64,000 nt of DNA from Octopus vulgaris (Eukaryota): the NCBI GenBank assembly GCA_951406725.2, contig OX597814.1, positions 87,358,001 to 87,422,000 on the forward strand, in the 5' to 3' direction. Both the position numbers and the translations under genes were made by a program. This document shows positions 53,450 to 64,000 of this stretch, one piece after another. Numbering within the stretch: position 1 is the stretch's first letter; each line of letters opens with the position of its first letter. The notes below the pieces were generated by a model, which was not told the origin of the DNA, did not search any database, and saw only the letters and a program-made list of their open reading frames with translations.

Positions 53450-54724
53450 CTAATTCTCGGTGAGGTTGCTTTGTAGTTGGCAGAAAGGAAACTGTTTGTT
53501 AGTTATAGAATTGGAAAATGTATTGTCTTCCTGACCTTTATAAAGACCGACAAGGATGGAAAACCGAATTCTAATGACTAATGATGGAAATTTACATAAT
53601 GTGATCAAGCCATTACCACACTATCAATTATTCCAAAACTGTGATCCCTACCATGTTTTCAGAGCAGAAGGGATACTTGAATCAGCTATTTTTTTGTTTG
53701 TTTCTGGAAAGAGAAAAAACTAGACTTAATACACTAACATCGCGTTTTTTTTAAAGCCAGCAGTAATGTAACATAAAGGAGATATGGATTCAAGAGATTG
53801 CAATGATATTTGGTCTTTGCATTGACGTTCATAATTGAGGGCCTCAGACCTTCTGTGGAAGGCTAAGATAGGTTATCTTTTACAAAAATTACTTTCTGAT
53901 ACCAGAGGTAAATCAAAGGGGCTCATAATTGCTAAGTTCTACTTCGAAGGCAGGTTATTAACTTGAGATTAGATTATAGCTGCAGCAACAGCTTGAAAAA
54001 CCTGCCAAGCAAATTACATAGAATCAACAATTGAGATTCATGACAACTATAAAGATTCAAGATATACATGCAGATAAAGCAGTGAATCTTACTAAAAATT
54101 GTTGGTTATACAAAAGACATTTTTAGCTCTAGAAATAACAGATGGTTTCAAATAATCTGTTATTATGCGCTGCTTTTTCTTTACTTAACATGAAAAAGAA
54201 AAAGAAAAGAAAAGAAATAAGTAGTAGATAAAGTCGCTAAAATATTTTGTAACGTTTATTGTTATATTGCGTTTATAATTGCTAATTTCTTGCTGAAACT
54301 GAGTAATTTTAAGTAGAGGAAGTACTTAAAATTATTTCCTTGTAAAACCCCTAAATATATTCTATATTTTGCATATTCAATTTAGAGCCTCTCGAGTAAG
54401 TATTATAAAAGTATACGAGTAAGGATAATAAAAGTTGATTGTTAAATTCGACATTGTTATGGTCGAGGTTTTTTTATATTTTCTCTTTTAACAACATAAC
54501 TGTGTCATATCAGTCATTGCTGTCTGGCTCAGAAGTTTGTTTCGCAATCCCATGGTTGAAGGTTTGGTCTCACTATACGGCATTTTAATAAAAAGAGTGT
54601 TTATAAATTTGAGTTGACTATTAGTTTGTGAGCGGAATTTTGAAGATGAAAACTGCAGAAGCTGCTGGTATATATTGCTTCTAGATCTAAGTGCTTCATT
54701 CGCATAGAGTGAACAAACACGGAC

Positions 54725-54890
54725 AGACAAAGAGATTAAGTCGATTACATCGACCCCAGTGCGTAACTGGTACTTAATTTATCGACCCCGAAAAGATGAA
54801 AGGCGGAATTTGAACTCAGAACGTAACGGCAGACGAAATTACGGCTACGCATTTCGCCCGGCGTGCTAACGTTTCTGCCAGCTCGCCGCC
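54725..54890 (-). mobile_element. Meta-type tRNA SINE
   Basis: Reverse strand GGCGGCGAGCTGGCAGAAACGTTAGCACGCCGGGCG head and core. Confidence 0.8.
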
Positions 54891-54926
54891 TTTTACAAAT
54901 TTCACTATAGTACACAAATGAACGTT

Positions 54927-55018
<92 letters not shown>

Positions 55019-55419
55019 GCGCGCCGCCTTTTACAAATTTCACTATAGTACACAAATGAACGTTTCATTACTGTGTGTATGTGTATGTGTGCGTGTGCGC
55101 GCATGTATATCTGTGTGTGTGTTTGTGTTTGTCTGCATGTGTGTATGAGTGTGCCATATGCAGATGCAATGGCTTGAACTGACAATTCCACTCATGACAA
55201 TTCAGTACAAGGAAAATTCAACGCATCATGTTTATGTGTAAATGAAATTTAATTTCATTTATTTTGTTTTCAAAATTTCTAAACTTTTCAAATTCGTGAA
55301 TAAGTGGTAATGTTTTAGATTGTTAACACTAACAACCATTGAATAAGTAGTAGCGTTTCCAATTGTTAATAGTCCAAAAACCTTTTCTTCTATTTATACG
55401 AGTATACCATTTCATTACC

Positions 55420-56250
55420 TATAGAAAATTTAGGTCTCCCACTAATAAAGGGGATCTTCACAGTCAGTCCACTGAAACAATGACGGAAATTTCCTATGAT
55501 ATGGACGAACTGACCATGTACATAACTGATAATATTCCACTGTCATGGAAAGTATTAACAATAATATAGGAGGACTTTATTTCTTAGATGCTCCAGGAGG
55601 TACTGGGAAAACATTTGTGATTAAACTCCTCCGGGCTAAAGTTCGTCAAGAAAAGAAAATAGCTTTAGTTATTGCTACTTCTGGGATTGCAGGAATATTA
55701 CTACCCGGAGGTCGGGCTGCCCACACAACGTTCAAGTTGCCTTTAGATCTATTCTAACAAGGAAGATCCAGTTTGTAATATATTTAAAAATTCTGAAATA
55801 GGTGACCTAATACAACGATGTCACTTAATTGTCTGGGACGAATGTACTCTGGCCCACAAAAAAGCTTTTGAATCTGTGGTCAGAACATTACGGAGATATT
55901 AGAAATTGTAATCCCATGATGGGAAATGTCAGTGTTATTGCCAGGAGACTTCCGACGAACACTACCAATTGTTCCAAGAAGAACCAAAGTGGATGAGCTC
56001 AGTGCTTCAATAAAGTCTTCTGTATTATGGCACCATGTGAAAACACTTCAACTTTCGACAAATAAGAGATCAATCAGTTGAACCATTTGCAAAGCAGCTT
56101 TTGAAACTCGGTAAAGGGAGAACTGCAATTGATGAGGAACAGTTTCTTACACTCAATCCAGTATGTAATTCAGCTGATTCCGTCGATGATTTGGTGGCTG
56201 AAATCTTTCCGAATCTTCTTCATAATTGCAACAATACAGATTGGATACAG
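55420..56250 (+). mobile_element. Helitron RepHel PIF1-like helicase pseudogene fragment
   Basis: FLDAPGGTGKTF (Walker A), ATSGIAGILLPGGRAAHTTFKLPL, LIVWDEC (Walker B), GDFRRTLPIVP; stops and frameshifts. Confidence 0.9.
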
Positions 56251-56334
56251 AAACAAGATCAAAAATAAGAAATAAAATAATTAAAATTAATGGGTTGTTG
56301 TTTTTTTAGGGTTTGTTCTTCGTTTTTTTTTATT

Positions 56335-56384
<50 letters not shown>

Positions 56385-56494
56385 GGTTAAAATTATAAAA
56401 TTATAATTTTAACCGTAAAGGTATTTTAATATGCTGCCACATTTCTTGATGGAATTCTTTTCTGTAGAGAAAAAAACTTCATCGTATATTAGTA

Positions 56495-56610
<116 letters not shown>

Positions 56611-57177
56611 TGAGTTCAAACTTCAGTAAGGCCCTTTCAACCACTCACGTTTGATAAAACAAAGTACTGCTCAAGTACTGTGGTCAATGATATGAACTAG
56701 CATATATATATATATATATATATAGGGAAACTGGTGATCTTTATGATTTTAAAAGGCTGCACGATTAAAAAAAAACTATGAGAAAAACAATAGGACGTCA
56801 TCATTTTGTACAATGAAATAAGCTCTTATTGGCGCATCATCCGGTTGCTCCAAGGGTTGAAGTTGTTATGCTAGTTGTTGTTGTTGTCGTCGTTGTTGTT
56901 GTTTAGCCTCAGATTAAGTCTGATTGAGGAAACCTCAATCTATGACTATCGCATCCTTTATGCGGACATAATGCATTTAGCTCTACACCAACCAATGTGT
57001 ATTTCGTCTTTAGGTTTTGCAAGCCTTGATTTGAAATAGATTTCGTCGTGAGTATTAGGCCTTTCGGCACAGATGTTTTAGCGCCGCTTATTTGGCGTCG
57101 CTTTTTCGACGCTGAAGTATTTAACATCAATCATTTTAATGTTTCTCGCATTTTAATGCTTCTCTCTTCTTTCTTTT

Positions 57178-57226
<49 letters not shown>

Positions 57227-57463
57227 ACTCTATCTCCCGCTGACCCCTCTCTCTCTCTATGAGTATGAAGCATATTTCTCGGTATATGTATGAAGAGAGG
57301 AAAAGTATTTATGTCGATTGTATTCAATTACTCTTTCTGTTTGTATGTACATATTTCTACGTGCATGCGTATGTGTGTATGTATGTGTGTGTTTATTTGT
57401 GTGTAGATGTGTTTTTGTCTTTATGTGTGTTCATGTGTGTGAGAAAGAGAGAGAGAGAGAGAG

Positions 57464-57520
<57 letters not shown>

Positions 57521-58400
57521 CTTCAGCACCGAATGGTACTGTCACCATAACTAAATGTTTCGTCAGCTGTTCCAAATTGTCTGCATTCAAACAACTTGGC
57601 AAAAAATGTCTCATTCCGTTGGCCGCTATTTCTATAAGATGGCAAGATCTATAAGATGGCAAGATCAATAAGATGGGTTATCAATAACAGAGAAGTTAAT
57701 AGTGGAGATCAAAGCTACTTAATTGCACAAGAGATATCGGATAAATGAAATATTTATATCTAATACACACACTACATGACTACCTACAGCAGTGTTTAAA
57801 ATATGACTACACATACAAAAACGTATGAAAACAGCTGTTATCAGACATGAGACAACATAGAAAATTTATGCTATTTTAACAATCTGTCAACTTTACAAAA
57901 AGCAATATGAATTAGTACCTAAGTAAAGTATCGGGAACACACACAAAAAAGGAAAATCGTTATGAGGGTAAATCTATCGTAACGAAGCGTTACAAAATAG
58001 GACAACAGTGGAGGACAACAGTTTCAAGAACGCCTTAGAAAAAAAAAAACAATTTCCTTCAGCAAAATATTGAATTTTAAAGAGATAAGAAGGCTAATCA
58101 TTTTTTCAACCTTTTTTGTTGAAGTTCAGTTGGTAATTACGTTTCAATACCGAGAAAAGAATCGTATTTCTTAGAAGGGTGCTGCTTCATTCTTTGCCGA
58201 ATGGATTTAATGGGTGGGGAATAAAATATACATGCGTACGTATATGTACATGTATATGTATGTATGAATGCTTGTATGTATGAATGCATGTGTGCATGAG
58301 AGCATATATGTCTGTATGCATTTATATATGTGTATGTATGTGTGTGTATGTAGGTTTATATATATACATATATATATATATGTGTGTGTGTGTGTGCATA

Positions 58401-58441
<41 letters not shown>

Positions 58442-58598
58442 GTATGTATACACATACATATGTATGTATGTATGCATATGCTTATAAATATCTACATACT
58501 CGCGCGCACACACACATATATACAAACATTGTGTTTCTGTGTTTTTGTTTGTGTATTTATGTAATATATTTGTATGTTGTACTTATGTATGCATGTGA

Positions 58599-58637
<39 letters not shown>

Positions 58638-59029
58638 CACACGCCGAGGAATATGTTTATATATATATATGTATGTATGTATTACATATATATATGTGTG
58701 TGTGTGTGTGTGTATGCGCGCGCGCGTGTGTGTGTTTCTATATTATTTTATTTTATTTGTTTCACTCATCTGACTGCAGCCATACTGGGTGTATATATAT
58801 ATAGAGAGAGATGGGAACGATGATTTCTCTTCGCAAATACTGATCGGGCACAGACGGTGTTTCGTTACCTAGCTGGAGGAGATGTCTTCCTGGGGCTATA
58901 AACTACAGTGGCATCGTCCCATATGGCTCGGCCACCTTTAGGTGGCAAATATACTTCACGATGTCGTACTGCTACTGTTTACATCTCGCTTAGAGATTTA
59001 TTATTGCTTATATATATATATATATAACA

Positions 59030-59985
59030 AAACTTACTTGGAGATGAAACGAAACGAAAACGAATCGGATCGACGCGAGGGCGCTCAGTCATACAATAGT
59101 GTAATAAATAAAATATATGCATACATACATACATATATGTACGTACCTACATCTACATGTATATATACATGCATATATAAATATATATACGTAAGTACAG
59201 AACACCACAAATAGACGTAGAACTCAACGAGAAACGAAAACGTAAAAACAAACGTGGAAACGGACCTAAACGTAAAAAACAGAGTACAAGACAAACTACA
59301 CAAGGAAAAATCCTCTTCATCAGCTGTCCCTAGTTCAACTCTAGCGTGTTTCGAAGGTTGGACAGAACACGACTCGTGGAACTAATCCTTCCTCCAAAGG
59401 AATTTTAAAAAATTACTTCGCAGAGGGGTAAAAACAAGGAAAGTCAAACATGTGACAAAAAAAAAGATACAAATAAAATAAAATACGAATTAAAAATACA
59501 AAAAATAAAAATACAGAATAAAATTACAAGTACGAAAAATACAGTACAAGAAATAAAACAAACAAGAAAACAGACAATGAGGGGCTTAATGCCGGCCTAC
59601 ACGAGGAAAGATTCTAAGAGCGCTAGAAGAACAGTGTTCACTGTTTGAATGCCAGCGGCGAAAGGAAGCAAACTCACCCGGCTGTGAAAGAGATGAGGAG
59701 GAGTAGGGAGAGAAAGATAGAGGAAGACAAGCGGCTGTGAGAGAGAGATGAGGAGGAGTGAGAGAGAGAGAGGGAGATAGGGAAGGAAGAGAAGGTCAAG
59801 CAAAGAGTTGTAGAGATTCGCGTCACAATTATAAATAACAAAACTTACTTGGAGATGAAACGAAACGAAAACGAATCGGATCGACGCGAGGGCGCTCAGT
59901 CATACAATAGTGTAATAAATAAAATATATGCATACATACATGTATGTACGTACCTACATCTACATGTATATATACATGCATATAT
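59030..59985 (-). mobile_element. Partial-tandem non-coding element (PLE pLTR-like)
   Basis: 59030-59175 repeated at 59838-59985 (~808-bp period); bounded by (TA)n-type repeats. Confidence 0.55.
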
Positions 59986-60033
59986 ATGCATGTATGTATG
60001 TATGTATGTATATATATATCGGGGAGTGAAATA

Positions 60034-60645
60034 ATCATTACAGATATAGGGTAAAAAATTATTAATTTAATAAATTAACAAATTTTACCAAGTACTTTTC
60101 GATAACAAAACTCCGGCTCTTTCTCTGCAGTACTATCTTGTGACGCACATGGTAAACGTGGAGGGAAATACGAATTCACTCGTCTATATAAATTTGGATA
60201 TGCTGATTAAATTTTGTATCTTCTGATGGCGCTTTGTCAGAAATACAAGGGGTAAGTTTTCCTAGCATTAATTCTCGAAATATTATGTTGATGGCGGAAA
60301 TGAATTTTTAAAATTCTAATCCAGAAACGCGTCCATAATTAATCGAAGACTGTTTGATTTCATTATTTTTCTTCTTTTTGCCTATGTGAGTTACAAATAT
60401 TGTTATCTGTGGAGACATATTTTGTAGAAAAAAGAAATAGCAGTCTTTTGGCAGCTATTTCTAAAATTTTCGGTATGTGGTCAAGCAACTTGTTGCTAAA
60501 CCCTTAATTATTGTTATAATTATATATAAAAAAAACTTTTTGTATAAGTTTTTATCGAATATGGTTCTTTTCCATACCTAAAACTACTTGGTAAAATTTG
60601 TTAATTTATTAGATTAATAATTTTTTACCCTATATCTGTAATGAT
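60034..60645 (+). mobile_element. Element with ~60-bp terminal inverted repeats and an internal degenerate HHR
   Basis: 60034-60094 vs 60585-60645 (one mismatch); ATTATG-TTGATGG-..-GAAAC-GC-GTC-CATAAT at 60282-60339. Confidence 0.7.
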
Positions 60646-60687
60646 ATATATATATATAGATATATAGATATATACATATATACATAC

Positions 60688-60788
<101 letters not shown>

Positions 60789-61377
60789 CGTGCATATATG
60801 GGTAAAGGATGTCACCGACGGTGCAAATAACATGAAATACTTCAACAACGAGAAAATGGAAAACAGGACAACTAAACATAGAGAAGGACCCTTCATCAGT
60901 TGTCGGCTGTCTATCTACTCCTCATTTCGAGCATTCAACGACAATAGGAGTCTTCAAAGACAGTTGCTTCCATAAATTCTAAAATAAAATTTAGGACTTA
61001 CAGAGGGTCAAAGTTGGGAACAAAAAAATGACAGTGGCGGCATACAAGGAAACCGAACGAAACCAAATATGGGAGGTCGTTAGACCAGAACGAGAGGAAA
61101 ATAGTGAACGCTGGAAAAAACATTTTTTTTAAATGAGAAAAGATAGAAGAGAGAGAGAGAAAACACGTCCGTGCAGGAAAAGGAAGATGGTAACGTGAAG
61201 AATAGAAAGATGGATGATGGTCACGTGTGAGCAACGAGAAAGAGAGGGAGAAAAAGAGATAGAGGGGAGGAAGAGAGAGACAGATAGAAAACGGTGAAGG
61301 AGGGACAAGGAGAAAAAGGGAATTAGAGAAGGATGGAGGAAGAAAACAGTATAGAATAGAAAGTCGCATCAAATTAT

Positions 61378-61465
61378 TAACACTGTGTATTACTACAATA
61401 ATCCCTAACATATCGGCGAGTCTTTCTTCTTATATGATAGTGATTAATCGGTGAAATTTTCGAAT

Positions 61466-61496
<31 letters not shown>

Positions 61497-61705
61497 TTCA
61501 AAATGTAACTACATGTGGATAGTTGGCGATTTTTTCCCTCTGTCTTCCTTTTCTCTTGGTATTTCCTCCGTTTCCTGCTCCTGACGAAGAGCTTTGCTCA
61601 AAACGTAAAAATTACCTTTCTTTCCTTCCCTAAGCATCTGCTAATACTTTGCATGTACCACGTCCTCGCGTTGTTATTTTTTCTTGTGTTTGTTCTTCAT
61701 TTTTT

Positions 61706-61740
<35 letters not shown>

Positions 61741-61860
61741 AATTCGAGGATGTCAGGTCCTCATTAGGGATTAAATAATTCAAAAGTTTCACTGATTAAT
61801 CACTATCATATAAGAAGAAAGTTTCAACGATATGTTAAGGATTATTATAGTATTGTTAAT
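61378..61860. repeat. Inverted repeat (~80 bp) enclosing a pLTR-like fragment with a decayed HHR
   Basis: CTTTCTTCTTATATGATAGTGATTAATC mirrored at ~61794-61821; CTGACGA-A-GAGC(TTT)GCTC-AAAAC-GTA at 61581-61607. Confidence 0.65.
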
Positions 61861-61901
61861 AATGAAAGAAAGAAAATAGAGAATTATTGATGTATAAATA
61901 A

Positions 61902-62201
61902 CTAGCAGTATCGCCCGGCGTTGCTCGGGTTTGTAAGGGAAATAACTATATAAGCATTTTTAGAGTGTTTCTTCCCTTATATAATAGCAAAAAAATGCAT
62001 TAAAAATGGAAAAAAATGATGGTAATTTTTTTTAAATCGTAGACTCATCGTAGACGCGCGCTAATGCCCAGAAGGGCTCGATATGAATCACGACTATAAG
62101 ATACCCGCTTTTGGTTAAACTACACCGCAAAATCTGGGAGTAGTTAGGAATCTAAATCGTAGGAGACAGACACCACACAACTTCTCTTTTATATATATAG
62201 A
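61902..62201 (-). mobile_element. Non-autonomous Helitron
   Basis: Minus strand begins A|TC-TATATATATAAAA and ends with hairpin CCCGAGCAACGCCGGG then CTAG|T. Confidence 0.8.
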
Positions 62202-62864
62202 TTTATATGTATGATATAATGAGGCTGAAAGTTTTTTTATAAAAACAATACAAATAAATTATAAATTATAAAGCTCTAAAAGAAATGACAGATGCCAAAA
62301 ACCTACGTATATGTTTTGATTCATGCCCTTAGGTGATTCGTAATTCTAAACATTTGGGCAGGGCCATATGCTAAGAATTGGACATCATTTTAACTAAATA
62401 GGGCAGAATCTCATCAGGGCTTTATGAGCTTATACTACAAATGTTAACATATTTCTTAAAAGGATGCAGACAAATTACTAACAAGTTTAAGAAGTTAAAT
62501 CATATATATTATGCGTATGTATTTAGCTAGCGAATTATAGATGTAAAGATAAAATAACATACAAATAAAGTTAAAGTAAGAAGATATAAGATAAAAAATA
62601 AAGAAAAATATAAATGTATGTAAAATATATAGTATATGAATTTAGATAAGAAAAAAGAAAAGTGCTTAAATATGCAAGGGAAGAATTATATGATAAAATA
62701 AATGAAAGATAAGTTAAATAGTAAAAAATTATCAGTCGACCGTTAAAGATGAATTATTTTCATTGGTTTGGTAATAGATATAGTTTAGGAAATCTATGGA
62801 TGTGTAGCGTTCACATCGTATTGTGTCGAATTTAAAATGAAGTATAGACAAAAGTTTGAAAAAG

Positions 62865-63242
62865 TAGTGGTAAGTAGCTTACTTACCAACGACTTGGCTC
62901 CGAGTTCAATCCCACTGCGTGACACCTTGGGCAAGTGTCTTCTACTATAGCCTCGGGCCGACCAAAGCCTTGTGAATGGATTTGGTAGGCGGAAACTGAA
63001 AGAAGCCCGTCGTACATATATATATTTGTGTGTCTGTGTTTGCCCCCCCCCCCTACGTCGCTTGACAACCGATGCTGGTGTGTTTACGTCCTCGTCACTT
63101 AGCGGTTCGGCAAGAGAGACCAATAGAATAAGTACTAGGTTTACAAAGAATAAGTCCTGGGATCGATTTGCTCGACTAAAGGCGGCGCTCCAGCATGGCC
63201 GCAGTCAAATGACTGAAACAAATAAAAGAATAAAAGAAAAAA
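62865..63242 (+). mobile_element. Near full-length CORE-type SINE
   Basis: GTGGTAAGTAGCTT, GAGTTCAATCCCACTGCG, ACACCTTGGGCAAGTGTCTT, family body and AAAAGAAT tail. Confidence 0.85.
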
Positions 63243-64000
63243 GGATATATATATATATATACTCACACTCAAACATATTTATTTAATTTATTTTCATTTA
63301 TTTATCATCAGAAAGGTTAACTTGTTAGAGTTGTGTTATTGGAAGTTTAATATCTAGAATTTATCGCTTAAGAGGTTAAATAAAAGAAAAGCTAAAAGGG
63401 GGCGAAGAGAAAAGGAATAAAATATAATGAAATAAAATGTAGTAGAATATATGGGAGCATATATCGGGTATTTGTTATAATGTCGCATAATGTTTGTAAT
63501 TATTAACTAAATAAATAAGTAAATTGGAGATCAATTCATTATAGATAGGAATATCGTTTAGTGTTGTGTGGTCATCCATTCTAGTAGTAGTTTCCTCTGT
63601 ACCAAGGTTAGGAATAACGAAGGAGTCATTCTTAAACTTCACAATGATTTAATTATAGCTAAGAACAGATACGAGTTCACCAAGAATATGTTTCGTGTGT
63701 AGCTGCTCATAAATGTGAAAAGTTGCATTCAAAATTTTGCCTAGTCGCGTTCTGAGTGAAAGAAATGCAATAGAAAGTGTACGAAGGAAATTAGTACCGC
63801 AAATGGTTCATTAGCAGCGCAAGAGAAATCTGTACGCATGTCGTGTAACATAAAGGGCTTGAATCGCACGGATGCTGCTAGAGACCATTTTCTTAGCTTA
63901 GTCCACGTGTAGACGAGTATAGTTGCTCTCCATAAAAAGGATGTCGACAGGTTGGATTCGGCGTAGCGAAAAGAGAAAAAACGGATCTCTCTGTCCCATA

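Noticed and set aside
54885-55075. 50-bp direct repeat around (GT)n as a TSD
   Set aside because: More simply a slippage duplication or assembly artefact at a microsatellite
55545-55757. Host PIF1 helicase gene
   Set aside because: Intronless, frameshifted, with Helitron-type motifs (FLDAPGGTGKTF)

Overview
AT-rich, microsatellite-saturated eukaryotic genomic DNA. The repeat landscape (CORE-type and Meta-type tRNA SINEs, RTE/Tx1/L2-like LINE remnants, Tc1/mariner, Helitron, Penelope-like elements) is most consistent with a cephalopod mollusc, probably Octopus (inference). Almost all short ORFs in the track are microsatellite artefacts. The one convincing intact host-type CDS is an uninterrupted 587-aa ORF (46800-48563) joining an N-terminal C3HC4 RING finger to a C-terminal GCN5/BPTF-like bromodomain through a long polar linker. 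The main non-coding signal is a dense set of type I hammerhead-ribozyme (HHR) motifs read directly from the sequence: about ten, intact to degenerate, in several sequence families. They include one downstream of a Penelope GIY-YIG remnant, a TSD-flanked non-coding element with two tandem HHRs (retrozyme-like, 26607-27516), a tRNA-headed SINE with an HHR tail, and a head-to-head HHR pair. Several long inverted repeats and palindromes are also present. Repeat boundaries were read by eye and are approximate.
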